Position numbers and translations under genes: made by a program. Below the pieces are notes generated by a model. It did no database searches and was not told the DNA's origin. It saw only the letters and a program-made list of their open reading frames with translations. A DNA stretch of 32,091 nucleotides, taken from the NCBI GenBank assembly GCA_965195275.1, contig CBDAFQ010000174.1:1-32091 (forward strand), in the 5' to 3' direction. Below are positions 18,879 through 28,572 of the stretch, in pieces (position 1 is the first letter of the stretch; each line of letters starts with the position of its first letter). Source of the DNA: an uncultured ANME-1 euryarchaeote. Lineage in GTDB: Archaea; Halobacteriota; Syntropharchaeia; Alkanophagales; Methanospirareceae.

Positions 18879-19104
18879 GAAAGCATAATATCCAACTAAA
18901 ACTAATTATAGACACAGATTAACGCAGATTAACGCAGATGGAAATCACAAACTTCTAATTAATTTTGGTCGCTCTGCTCTGCTCTGATCTGCTCTGTGGC
19001 GGTAAAACGTCGTATGAAAGACAAAAAAGATAAATCTGTGTAAATCCGTGTAAATCCGTGTCGGAAATGTGTTGTTACAGGTCATTATTTATGTTGAGTC
19101 GTAC
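18879..19104 (+). repeat. Dispersed repeat copy 3 (long form, arms separated by ~90 bp containing GCTCT pentamers)
   Basis: Left arm GACACAGATTAACGCAGATTAACGCAGAT at 18911-18939; right arm ATCTGTGTAAATCCGTGTAAATCCGTGTC at 19034-19062; (GCTCT)x5 with one variant at 18971-18995. Confidence 0.85.
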
Positions 19105-19121
19105 TTAACCGAACACCTATG

Positions 19122-20234
19122 CTACAACCCCCTCAAAACATCCTTTATCGCATCTATGCGCGCATCTGTCTTAACAGCGACATAAGAGAAATGGGTCCTG
19201 CTTGCGTGAAAACCGGCAGACCGCAAAGCGTCAATTAAGGTCGCAATAGGCGGTGGTGGTATTTTTAACGCCTTGCATATCGCATGATGCTCGAAATAAT
19301 AGGGTATATCCAGCTCATGGATGCATGTATCAACGATTTTCAGTGCTTCGCTCTTCTTACCCAACTCCCTTTTTCCTAATTCGTCATGCACCTGTTCGCA
19401 GAACGCATTCTCCTTTATTGCATGTAGGTATAGCGGCCCCGCAATGCGTACTTTCGTACCACATACCGTACATTCACGTTTCAGGTCCAGCATATCGGCG
19501 CACACGCATCTATTGCCGCAGGCGAAACAATGTGCAATAAAACCAAGTCGGTTCATGCACGCATCAGCTCTTTTCGCACCTCGTTCCACACGTGCGATAA
19601 TTCTTATGAAATGGGCGGTGGAATATGATAAGAGCGGCTGTATCGCTTTATCATATTTGCACAGATCTCGCGTCACCGCACCTAAGAGAACACGAGTCGC
19701 CATCTCAGTATGATAGTCCGTATTAAGCGGTTTCGCACCGTATTTCCTCATGCCACCGGTATGAGCGCCGCATAACGGCGCGGTATCTGTCGCCGTAACC
19801 AGAAGCAATCGCTTCACGGACTTGCATGCGGCATCCAAAAACGGTACTGGCGACCCAAACGGGTCTAAATCGACCATCTCGTACCGGGTTTGTAATAGAA
19901 GGATATTAGCATTCTCGTTATATGCACACGCTCGCTTTTCTAACGAATTTAACGCGATATTGCGTTTTATTAGTTCGTATGCAGGCGTGCTGCGATCGTT
20001 AATATGCACACACATACCTACTTCGTTCGCTATCCGGACACCCCTAACGCCAGAGCCCGCAAGTGCATCTATGTATATGGGCTGCTGTCGTGACGGCAGC
20101 GCGGTGGCAAAAGCAGATACACTCGCTACGTCTATATCCCGGCACAACTCCATCTTCGGATTGTAAAACATTGACCTTTTGAGTTGTTCTGGCACGATTA
20201 TCTTCGTAGTTCCCTCTTTTATCTCCGAAAACAT
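19122..20234 (-). CDS. trm1: tRNA (guanine-26-N2)-dimethyltransferase Trm1
   Basis: MFYNPKMELCRD, DALAGSGVRGVR, DLDPFGSP, VTATDTAPLCG, CFACG...CTVCG, ASRTHF, KTDA. Confidence 0.96.
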   Translation of the reverse strand: MFSEIKEGTTKIIVPEQLKRSMFYNPKMELCRDIDVASVSAFATALPSRQQPIYIDALAGSGVRGVRIANEVGMCVHINDRSTPAYELIKRNIALNSLEKRACAYNENANILLLQTRYEMVDLDPFGSPVPFLDAACKSVKRLLLVTATDTAPLCGAHTGGMRKYGAKPLNTDYHTEMATRVLLGAVTRDLCKYDKAIQPLLSYSTAHFIRIIARVERGAKRADACMNRLGFIAHCFACGNRCVCADMLDLKRECTVCGTKVRIAGPLYLHAIKENAFCEQVHDELGKRELGKKSEALKIVDTCIHELDIPYYFEHHAICKALKIPPPPIATLIDALRSAGFHASRTHFSYVAVKTDARIDAIKDVLRGL

Positions 20235-20289
20235 TTTATATATATAGACACATCAATAATCAATTAATAAATGAGGCGTGAAAAAAAAA

Positions 20290-20883
20290 ATGCGTTCGCA
20301 ACCCACAAAACTAATTGGCTTATTAACTATCATGGTTATCCTGCTTCTGGCCTCCGGATGCGTTGAAGACGGTGACTTGCAGACCGAATCGAAATCAGTT
20401 GAGCTGGAAGAGCGTCAAGAAGAACTCGTAGCGGATCAAAATGAAACAGCACAGGCAAAGGTGGGTGATACCATTAAGGTTCACTACACCGGCACATTGG
20501 ATAATGGCACAGTATTTGATAGCTCCGTCGGGCGCAAGCCTCTGCAATTTACTATTGGTCGGGGCCAGATGATTCCCGGCTTTGATAAAGGTGTAGTGGG
20601 GCTGAATCTGAGCGAATCGAAAACCATCACCATCCCGGCAGATCAGGCTTATGGCCCATACCGTGCGGATTTGGTACAGGTGGTTGCTCGAGACCAACTT
20701 CCTCAGGACTCGGAACTTGAGGTTGGTCAGATGTTACAAAGCAGACAACCGAATGGTCAAATAATTCTTGTTACCATAACCAATGTTACAGACTCGAACG
20801 TGACGTTAGATGCAAACCATCGTTTAGCCGGAAAAACCCTGACATTTGAGATTCAGCTTGTTGAGATCGTCTCATCTGCTTAA
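20290..20883 (+). CDS. FKBP-type peptidyl-prolyl isomerase (SlyD/SlpA-like with IF domain) carrying a lipoprotein signal peptide
   Basis: Lipobox LLASGC; VHYTGTLDNGTVFDSS, GQMIPGF, AYG, LDANHRLAGKTLTFEI. Confidence 0.92.
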   Translation: MRSQPTKLIGLLTIMVILLLASGCVEDGDLQTESKSVELEERQEELVADQNETAQAKVGDTIKVHYTGTLDNGTVFDSSVGRKPLQFTIGRGQMIPGFDKGVVGLNLSESKTITIPADQAYGPYRADLVQVVARDQLPQDSELEVGQMLQSRQPNGQIILVTITNVTDSNVTLDANHRLAGKTLTFEIQLVEIVSSA

Positions 20884-20937
20884 TAATCGGTGGATTTTTA
20901 GGTTTGAGTATCTTGGACAGTGCAAAATGATGGCTGA

Positions 20938-21046
20938 TATAACTAAAATTAATTATTGACACAGATTAACACTGATTAACGCAGAAGAAATAAAATCCTT
21001 GTAAATCCATGTCCTAAATTAAATTTATTTATGGGTAGAAGTTATA
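20938..21046 (+). repeat. Dispersed repeat copy 4 (complete element with terminal inverted TATAACT...AGTTATA)
   Basis: Same core as the other copies; 7-bp perfect terminal inverted repeat. Confidence 0.85.
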
Positions 21047-21075
21047 GTTTAGATACAAACAAATATAAAATTAGA

Positions 21076-21921
21076 ATGTGCAGAGACAGACATGTGCTTG
21101 AAACCCTGGGTAAAGCGCGGGTGGTGATTGAGGACGGTAAGGTAGTAGAAGTTGGCAAACCACAGCTCAAATATTGCCCGTTGTGGGAAAAGATGCGTGG
21201 GATAACGGTGCTGAACGAGCGAGTGATAAAAGAGAACGTAGAATTCAGGATACGTGATTTTGGGTTGTGTACTGCGGATAGAGAACTGGAGTTAGAAGTT
21301 TTTGTTGGCTTTGGCACTTCCGAAACATTCATGACCGCACTTCGTAGAGGTCTGCTCGATGCCGCTGTAACAGTTTGTGAAGGTGCAGGCACAATAGTCA
21401 CTTCTAATCCCGCACTGGTGCAGGGGATAGGTGCAAGGTTAAGCGGTGTAATTGAGACCACCCCTATAGGAGGGATATTAAAGAAGGTGAAGGCGAAAGA
21501 GGGGGAGGTACTGGACCCGCCGAGAATAGACCAGAACGCGGGGTTGCAGATGGCTATTCGCAAGGGATACAAAAGAGTGGGCGTCACGGTAGCCACACTG
21601 GAAGACGCCCAAAAATGTAGAGCTACCAGTGAGCATGCAGTGATATTCGGTGTGCATCTCACGGGCATATCACGAAAAGATGCCGAGGAGTTCATTGAAA
21701 TCGCTGACCTGGTTACTGCATGTGCATCGGAGCCGATAAGAGCACTCGCAGATGAGAAGGCGCTTTTACAGGCCGGTACCGCGATCCCGATATTCGCGCT
21801 CACTACCGCGGGCAAGGAATTACTTTTAGAACGTGCGAAAGAGGTTGAAACGACATTGTTGCTGAGTACTATGCGGTTACCTGTGCTTCCCAAAGCGAGA
21901 CAACCTGAACCGATGATATAA
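21076..21921 (+). CDS. Methanogenesis marker protein 8 (DUF2099)
   Basis: HVLETLGKARVVIEDGKVVEVG.P...CP, EFRIRDFG, FVGFGTSE, VCEGAGT, LVQGIGARLSG, VHLTG, TACAS. ATG 21031 lies inside the repeat, so 21076 is preferred. Confidence 0.88.
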   Translation: MCRDRHVLETLGKARVVIEDGKVVEVGKPQLKYCPLWEKMRGITVLNERVIKENVEFRIRDFGLCTADRELELEVFVGFGTSETFMTALRRGLLDAAVTVCEGAGTIVTSNPALVQGIGARLSGVIETTPIGGILKKVKAKEGEVLDPPRIDQNAGLQMAIRKGYKRVGVTVATLEDAQKCRATSEHAVIFGVHLTGISRKDAEEFIEIADLVTACASEPIRALADEKALLQAGTAIPIFALTTAGKELLLERAKEVETTLLLSTMRLPVLPKARQPEPMI

Positions 21922-21973
21922 ATGCAAAATGTAAATAAAGTGTAAAATGCAAAAGGTAAGAAAACAAAAAGGA

Positions 21974-22777
21974 ATGAGAAGGACTGCAAGGTATGCGGCA
22001 ATATTAAATTTGATTTTGTTACTTCTGTTTTTCTATGGTTTTGTAACAGGAGCTTGTGCTGAAGAGCATAGGCAAAAAGGGCTAACGGACCTCGATTTTA
22101 ATGACGATGGGCATATCAACCAATTGGACCTGGACATATTGAAGTCGCACTTCAACGAACGATATAGGTGGTATGTACCCTGGGATCTGAATGCTGATTT
22201 TCGATGTGATCACGAGGATTTTTATTATTTCGCAGATCACGTCCCCTTAGATTATCGGTATCAGGTAGCGGCCAATGTATCTGTTTGGAACCTGTCCAAC
22301 TATACGATAGAGCGCGGCAACGAGCCGGCAATTATTCTTGATGAGGCTGTTTATCCTCTGAGTCTTGATCGAATTACGTCATGGGTGAAGCATTCAACAA
22401 GTCTTGAACCCCCGAAGGACGAGGGCGCGGTATGTGTCCATTATGCACGCGATCTCTGCCGGTTGGCGTACAAAAGTTTGGGGCCGAAGACGATAGCATG
22501 GGGCACTTCTAACGCCCACTCGTACGGAATGATATATACAGGAGGTAACTGGAGCGTTTTATCTAATTGGGCTATAATTGACCCGTTATGGGAATTATAC
22601 CGTTTTGAAGAATTCTCAAACACGTGGAACTATCATCATACAAAAACGATAAAAGTCCTGCTTGAGGAAGGGCGTTATGGCTATTGGGCCATTCATTTAG
22701 CCGTGGATTATCAGAATAATACCGTTTATGATCCTTATAAGGCGGAATACAGGATGCTGAATTTTAGGGAGAACTAA
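21974..22777 (+). CDS. Exported protein with dockerin/EF-hand-like repeat pair and a putative papain/transglutaminase-like Cys-His-Asp domain
   Basis: Signal-like hydrophobic stretch; DFNDDGHINQLDL and DLNADFRCDHEDF; VCVHYA...AHSYG...IIDP. Start 21947 or 21974. Confidence 0.65.
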   Translation: MRRTARYAAILNLILLLLFFYGFVTGACAEEHRQKGLTDLDFNDDGHINQLDLDILKSHFNERYRWYVPWDLNADFRCDHEDFYYFADHVPLDYRYQVAANVSVWNLSNYTIERGNEPAIILDEAVYPLSLDRITSWVKHSTSLEPPKDEGAVCVHYARDLCRLAYKSLGPKTIAWGTSNAHSYGMIYTGGNWSVLSNWAIIDPLWELYRFEEFSNTWNYHHTKTIKVLLEEGRYGYWAIHLAVDYQNNTVYDPYKAEYRMLNFREN

Positions 22778-22796
22778 AAATAAAAAAATAAAAAAA
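22776..22796 (-). terminator. Oligo-T archaeal terminator of the thermosome gene
   Basis: TTTTTTATTTTTTTATTTTT run on the minus strand immediately after the stop codon. Confidence 0.6.
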
Positions 22797-24446
22797 TCAG
22801 TATGGCATCATACCACCGGGCATACCACCACCCGCGCCAGGAGGAGGTGCTTGAGGCGCTTCTCTACTCGATGCGATCACATCGTCTATCTTGAGAATCA
22901 TTATTGCCGCCTCTACTGCAGAGTCCATTGCTTGTTTCTTCAACCTTAACGGCTCTATAACGCCCTGTTGCCACATATCCACGATTTTACCGGTATAAAC
23001 GTCCAGACCCGCGGTCTTTTCACCACGTTCATGTGCTGCTTTCAGCTCAACCAGCTTATCTATCGGATCGAGCCCCGAATTTTCCGCTAATGTACGTGGT
23101 ATTATCTCCATCGCCTCTGCGAATTTCTCAACCGCTAATTGCTCCCGTCCTTTTAGTGACGCACCGTATTCCCTTACTCTCAACGCTATCTCTGTTTCCA
23201 CAGCGCCGCCACCCGCAATTGCTTTACCGTCCTCTATTATGCAGCCCACCACACGAAGTGTATCATTTAACGACCTGTCAACTTCATCTACCACCTGTTC
23301 TGTCCCGCCCCTTACTATAATGGAGACCGCATGAGGGTTCTTGCATTGCTCTATGAACAGCATCTTAGATCCGGAGATTTTACGCTCCTCTACCAATCCC
23401 GCATAACCTAAATCCGTCTTACTTATCAGCTCTACGGCATTCACTACGTTACCGCCAGTTGCCTTTTCCAGTTTTTCCATATCACTTTTCTTCGCTCTTC
23501 TCACCGCAGCAATCCCCGCCTTCGCGAGATAATGCTGCACCACATCGTCTATCCCTTTCTGGCATATCACGACATTCGCACCGCTTTCTTTTAGCTGCTC
23601 CGCCATCTGGTGCAACATCCGCTCCTCTTCCGCGAGGAAACTTTTCAACTGGCCTGAAGACTGTATCTTTATCTCTGCACTCATTTCTGTCTTCTTCACT
23701 TCAAGTGATGCGTTAATCAATGCTATTTTCGCGTCTTCTATCTTCGTTGGCATACCCGGATGCACAATCTCTTTGTCTATTGCCATACCCTGCACTAACT
23801 CGGTCTCGCTCATTCTACCCCCGACTTTCTTCTCCACGTTTATGTTATCTACGTCAACCACTCTTTTACCTTTAGAAACTTCTTCTGCTACTGCCTTATC
23901 TGCATTGATCGCAATCTCAGCGAGGAAATCGCGAGATGCATCTGCGGCTTTGCCTGTTATCGCTGTCTCTGCTATCTTCTTCAGTTCTCCCACATCTTCT
24001 ATATCTATATCCTTTCCGATTTCATCCAGCACCTTCTTCGCCTTCTCAGCCGCGAGCCGATAGCCTAATGTGATTACCGTTGGATGTAGTTCCAGTTCCA
24101 GTAGTTCCTCTGCCTTCTTTAGCAGTTCTGCGCCAAGAACCACAGCAGTGGTCGTGCCGTCACCAGCCACGTCCTCCACTGTTTTCGCTACTTCCACCAT
24201 CATCTTCGCTGCCGGGCTATCTATGTCCATCTCCTTGAGGATCGTCACACCGTCGTTTGTTATAACCACGTCACCAAGGGAATCCACAAGCATTTTATCC
24301 ATCCCTTTTGGGCCCAACGTGGTGCGAACAGCATCGCCAACTGCTTTCGCCGCATTTATATTCGCGATCTGCGCATCTTTACCTCTTGTACGCTCACTTC
24401 CTGCCTTCAACACTAATAAGGGTATTCCACCTAATTGTCCTGCCAT
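22797..24446 (-). CDS. ths: Thermosome (group II chaperonin) subunit
   Basis: [42 protein letters not shown] tail. Confidence 0.99.
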   Translation of the reverse strand: MAGQLGGIPLLVLKAGSERTRGKDAQIANINAAKAVGDAVRTTLGPKGMDKMLVDSLGDVVITNDGVTILKEMDIDSPAAKMMVEVAKTVEDVAGDGTTTAVVLGAELLKKAEELLELELHPTVITLGYRLAAEKAKKVLDEIGKDIDIEDVGELKKIAETAITGKAADASRDFLAEIAINADKAVAEEVSKGKRVVDVDNINVEKKVGGRMSETELVQGMAIDKEIVHPGMPTKIEDAKIALINASLEVKKTEMSAEIKIQSSGQLKSFLAEEERMLHQMAEQLKESGANVVICQKGIDDVVQHYLAKAGIAAVRRAKKSDMEKLEKATGGNVVNAVELISKTDLGYAGLVEERKISGSKMLFIEQCKNPHAVSIIVRGGTEQVVDEVDRSLNDTLRVVGCIIEDGKAIAGGGAVETEIALRVREYGASLKGREQLAVEKFAEAMEIIPRTLAENSGLDPIDKLVELKAAHERGEKTAGLDVYTGKIVDMWQQGVIEPLRLKKQAMDSAVEAAIMILKIDDVIASSREAPQAPPPGAGGGMPGGMMPY

Positions 24447-24599
24447 TTTACATTCTTACCTCGTCTCATTCACTATATAAATTAAATAGTATTAGATTTT
24501 ATGTAACCATTAATCTCCACATATAAATTTATTGGTATTTCAGAATTGTATTTGTGGATTGATGATAAATAGATGTGAGAGGTGGGACGTGAGAAGAGA

Positions 24600-26003
24600 A
24601 TGAGAGTAGTGATGAAATTTGGTGGTACTGCAGTCGCAAATGGCGAAAAGATAAAGACCGCGGCAAATTTGGTGATGCGATCCAAAGAAGCGGCAGAAAA
24701 TATGGAGATTGTCGTTGTGACCTCTGCGATTTATGCTGTCACTGATACAATCTATGAGCAGGCGAATAGGATAGCAGAAGAAGGTAAAGAGGAAAAGGTG
24801 AAGGGGTTCGTAGAGGAATTACGAAATAAGCATAATAAGGTGGCTTCTGTGGCGATAGGCGACACACAGGTATTAAAAAAAGTGAAGGGCGAAATAAAAG
24901 AGAGAATAGCGGAAATGGAGAAAGCTTTGATTGGTATCTGTCTTTTAGGTGAATTAACCTTAAGATCGCTTGACTACATCTGCTCTTTCGGCGAACGATT
25001 GGCTGCACCCATACTGGCTGGCGCCATACAATCAGCAGGTATAGATGCAGTGCACTTTACAGGCGGGGATGTCGGGATAATAACAAATGCAGAATATGGT
25101 CGTGCACAATTGTTGGGATGCGTAGAGCAGGAGGTAAGAGCGCGAATTATGCCTTTGTTAGGAGATAAGATACCTGTTGTGTGTGGATTTACCGGTGAAA
25201 CGAAAGATGGGAAAATAACAACTCTTGGTCGGGGTGGCTCGGACTATACCGCCACTATAATTGGGGCGGCGATAGATGCCGATGAGATATGGCTCTGGAA
25301 GGATACCGATGGTATAATGAGTGCAGACCCCAAACGGATAAAGAATGCGAGAAAGATACCCTATATATCATACATAGAGGCAATGGAATTATCGTATTTC
25401 GGCGCTGCTGTACTCCACCCTAGGGCAATAGAGCCCGTAATGAAAAAAAAGATCCCGATTAGGGTGAAAAATTTGCTCAACCCCGATGACGAAGGCACAC
25501 TTATTGGAGAGGAGCAAGAGAAGACCAAAAAGGCCGCTAAAGCTATTACGCTTATTGAAAACACCTCAATCATCAATATCGCGGGAACTGGTATTAGAAG
25601 TATATCGGACGTTGCATCCCGTATATTTTCTGTCCTGGCGGCTAAAAATGTAGACATCATCATGATAAGTCATGGCTCATCTGAAAGAACAGTATCTCTT
25701 GTTATTGATAGCGCACAATTGGAACGAGCTATTGACGCGATACAAAGCATACACGCAGTTGACACGGTAATCAGGGACATATCATACAATAGCAACGTTT
25801 GTACAGTAGGTGTTGTTGGCGTGGGTATGGCAGGAACAGTAGGAGTCGCAGGTAAAGTCTTCTCCGCTCTTGGTAATGAAGGAATAAGTGTAAAAATGAT
25901 TTCTCAAGGCAGTTCGGAATTTAATATCTCTTTTGTGGTACAGAAAGAGGAAGCATATAAAGCAGCGCAAGCAATACATGATGTCTTCGGGATGGGATCC
26001 TAA
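24600..26003 (+). CDS. lysC: Aspartate kinase with two ACT domains
   Basis: VMKFGGT, SFGERL, TTLGRGGSDYTA, DGIMSADP, FGAAVLHPRAIEP, MISQGSSE. Alternative GTG start at 24582. Confidence 0.96.
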   Translation: MRVVMKFGGTAVANGEKIKTAANLVMRSKEAAENMEIVVVTSAIYAVTDTIYEQANRIAEEGKEEKVKGFVEELRNKHNKVASVAIGDTQVLKKVKGEIKERIAEMEKALIGICLLGELTLRSLDYICSFGERLAAPILAGAIQSAGIDAVHFTGGDVGIITNAEYGRAQLLGCVEQEVRARIMPLLGDKIPVVCGFTGETKDGKITTLGRGGSDYTATIIGAAIDADEIWLWKDTDGIMSADPKRIKNARKIPYISYIEAMELSYFGAAVLHPRAIEPVMKKKIPIRVKNLLNPDDEGTLIGEEQEKTKKAAKAITLIENTSIINIAGTGIRSISDVASRIFSVLAAKNVDIIMISHGSSERTVSLVIDSAQLERAIDAIQSIHAVDTVIRDISYNSNVCTVGVVGVGMAGTVGVAGKVFSALGNEGISVKMISQGSSEFNISFVVQKEEAYKAAQAIHDVFGMGS

Positions 26004-26123
26004 AAGCATTTCTTTTAAAAAGAAAGCGTTACCAAAGAAGTAATATACATTATGTACAATGAGATTATAACCTTTTTATCATATGAGTGACATAAACTAA
26101 GTGGGAGGTGAAAAAGGAAAGCG

Positions 26124-28064
26124 ATGACCGAATCAGAAGTAGATAAGGAAGGGCAAGTTGGAACCGACCTGCTAGCCGGAGTAGATCTAAAGACAACAGA
26201 GGACATAGAAGTTCCGAAGTTACTGATAGACCAGGTAATCGGGCAGGAACGTAGCGTGGAGGTGATAAAGAAGGCAGCTAAGCAGAGTAGACATGTGATG
26301 CTGATAGGCACGCCTGGCACAGGCAAGTCAATGCTTGGAAGTAGTATGGCGGAATTACTGCCAAAGGAGGAATTGCAAGATACATTGACGTATCCTAATG
26401 CCGAAGATAAAAACAATCCGAAGATAAGAGTTGTTCCCCGCGGTAAGGGGAAAGAGATAGTAGATGCACAGAAGCAAGAAGTACGGAAGCGCATTCAGAT
26501 GCGCAATACTTTCCTTATGTTCACTTTCTTCCTCATCCTGGGTATGGGCGTTATTTATGCTTTCCAGGACGGTGAAATCAAGGTGGAGTATATTTTATGG
26601 TCAATAATTGCCGCTGCTGTTGTTCTTTTAGTCTTTAGATGGATGATGCCGAAAGAAGAGGCGATGATGCCGAAATTGCTTGTTAACAATGCTGGACATG
26701 AGACTGCACCTTTCGTGGATGCAACAGGATCGCATTCAGGAGCTTTGCTCGGCGATGTTCGACATGATCCATATCAATCAGGTGGATTGGAGACACCAGC
26801 ACATGATAGAGTAGAAGCAGGCGCTATCCACAGGGCGCATAAAGGCGTCCTTTTCATTGATGAACTGAATACGCTGCGGGTAGAATCGCAGCAAAATCTA
26901 CTCACTGCTATGCAGGAGAAGGAATATGCCATAACCGGTCAATCGGAGAGGAGTGCCGGGGCAATGGTAAAGACAGACCCGGTACCCTGTGATTTCGTTA
27001 TGATCGCTGCCGGCAATCTGGATGCAGTAGCAGGTATGCATCCTGCACTACGTTCTCGAATAAAAGGCTATGGCTATGAGATATACATGAAAGATTCGAT
27101 GGACGACACGGTAGAGAATAGAAAGAAGCTTATCAGATTCATCGCACAAGAGGTAAGGAAAGACAAAAAGATACCTCATTTCGATACGAGTGGTGTGAAA
27201 GAGGTAATAAGAGAAGCGCGGAGAAGATCCGGCAGAAAAGGTCACCTCACACTCATTTTACGTGACCTCGGTGGATTGGTGCGAGTGTCAGGTGATATAG
27301 CGCATGCAGAAGACGCTAAATATACTACTGGCGAGCATGTGATAAAAGCAAAAGCAATGGCAAAGTCGGTCGAGCAGCAGTTGGCTGATGAGTACCTTGA
27401 GCATAAGAAGGATTATCAATTATTCAAAACAGAAGGGGTTGAGGTAGGACGGGTGAATGGACTTGCAGTAATGGGTGATTCCGGAGTCATACTCCCGATA
27501 ATCGCGGAGGTTACGCCCGCGCAATCGCGAGAGGAAGGACGGGTAATAGCAACTGGTAGATTGCAGGAGATAGCGCAGGAAGCGGTACAAAATGTCTCTG
27601 CAGTATTCAAAAAAATCACCGGGAAGGACCTATCACGTAAAGATATACATATCCAATTTGTGGGCACACACGAAGGAGTAGAAGGTGATTCCGCCAGTGT
27701 ATCAATTGCTACCGCGGTTATATCCTCTCTGGAGAATATCCCCGTGGACCAGAGTGTGGCGATGACAGGTTCTTTGTCCGTGCGGGGTGATGTTCTACCG
27801 GTAGGTGGAGTAACGGCGAAGGTGGAAGCGGCAGCACAAGCGGGTATTAAAGAGGTATTGATACCCCAGTCAAACCTGAATGACGTGCTCATCGAGGATC
27901 GGTATAAGGATAAGGTGAAGATAATACCGGTTGCGACAATAGAGAATGTGCTTGAACATGCATTGGTCGGTAAAATGAAGAAGAAGTTCATAGAGAAGAT
28001 AAAGAGTTTCACAATGATGGAGAAAATTATCCCTGAGGGTGTGGCGGAAAAAAAGGCCGTGTAG
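26124..28064 (+). CDS. lonB: Membrane-anchored ATP-dependent protease LonB
   Basis: DQVIGQE, GTPGTGKS, two TM helices in the AAA+ domain, LLGDVRHDP, LFIDE, GDSAS and VTAK (Ser-Lys dyad). Confidence 0.98.
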   Translation: MTESEVDKEGQVGTDLLAGVDLKTTEDIEVPKLLIDQVIGQERSVEVIKKAAKQSRHVMLIGTPGTGKSMLGSSMAELLPKEELQDTLTYPNAEDKNNPKIRVVPRGKGKEIVDAQKQEVRKRIQMRNTFLMFTFFLILGMGVIYAFQDGEIKVEYILWSIIAAAVVLLVFRWMMPKEEAMMPKLLVNNAGHETAPFVDATGSHSGALLGDVRHDPYQSGGLETPAHDRVEAGAIHRAHKGVLFIDELNTLRVESQQNLLTAMQEKEYAITGQSERSAGAMVKTDPVPCDFVMIAAGNLDAVAGMHPALRSRIKGYGYEIYMKDSMDDTVENRKKLIRFIAQEVRKDKKIPHFDTSGVKEVIREARRRSGRKGHLTLILRDLGGLVRVSGDIAHAEDAKYTTGEHVIKAKAMAKSVEQQLADEYLEHKKDYQLFKTEGVEVGRVNGLAVMGDSGVILPIIAEVTPAQSREEGRVIATGRLQEIAQEAVQNVSAVFKKITGKDLSRKDIHIQFVGTHEGVEGDSASVSIATAVISSLENIPVDQSVAMTGSLSVRGDVLPVGGVTAKVEAAAQAGIKEVLIPQSNLNDVLIEDRYKDKVKIIPVATIENVLEHALVGKMKKKFIEKIKSFTMMEKIIPEGVAEKKAV

Positions 28065-28382
28065 TCATGAATGTTTCTTTTTAAGTGATGTTTGCAATCT
28101 ATCAATTAAATCCTCGGCAGATACTAATCTCTGTCGCCTTTTCATTCCGTGCCAAGTCTTTGAGTACTTATATAACCAAAAATCCAGTTCATACTCATCC
28201 TCTGCATAAATAACCTCGTTATGTTCCAGAATTTCACCCCTCAGATACCAGGGTATCTCATTGAACACCGTGAGGTCGTATCGTTCATCTGCAGAAGCAT
28301 ACAAAATCCGATCGTATAATTCCTTTAATTCTATGCTGCCCTTTGGTATCACGCATATATCAATTCTGATTTCGCATCTGCA
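28065..28382 (-). pseudogene. Truncated/frameshifted minimal nucleotidyltransferase (MNT family)
   Basis: Minus strand GCA GAT GCG AAA TCA GA ATT GAT ATA TGC GTG reads ADAKS(D)IDICV only if one base is restored. Downstream YDLTVFNEIPWYLRGEILE fits the family; the upstream GS motif and a start are missing. Confidence 0.65.
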
Positions 28383-28572
28383 TGCATATCCTTTAATATT
28401 AATTTACTCTAATTATTTGCTTGCGTGCTCCACATTTTTTATATATAGTTTACTAAATAAAAATTAATATTTTTATCGAGTAAAGTAAAGAACAAAAACT
28501 ATTTAAAATGATGGATATAAAAATTATATCTTCATACAAGTAACAGTAGATTATTTAGACGGAGAAGGAAAT

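Noticed and set aside
20281-20290. A10 tract before the FKBP start (also A9 at 4388-4396) as a phase-variation switch
   Set aside because: A-runs are frequent in this genome; the tract precedes the likely ATG, and the cdhC run simply encodes KKK in frame.
13930-21046. Dispersed repeats as a CRISPR array
   Set aside because: Copies are kilobases apart, in both orientations, with no regular spacers and no cas genes.
21031-21075. Upstream ATG for marker protein 8
   Set aside because: The ATG is part of the repeat element (the same ATGGGTAGAAG occurs in copy 2); family similarity starts near 21076.
21042-22001. 319-aa minus-strand ORF, and similar long antisense ORFs at 3312-4019, 7652-8200 and 27416-28105
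   Set aside because: Ser/Thr/Ile-rich antisense shadows of well-supported genes, with no recognisable motifs.
24447-24581. Heat-shock regulator operator upstream of the thermosome gene
   Set aside because: AT-rich with TATA-like boxes, but no convincing palindrome matching a known operator.
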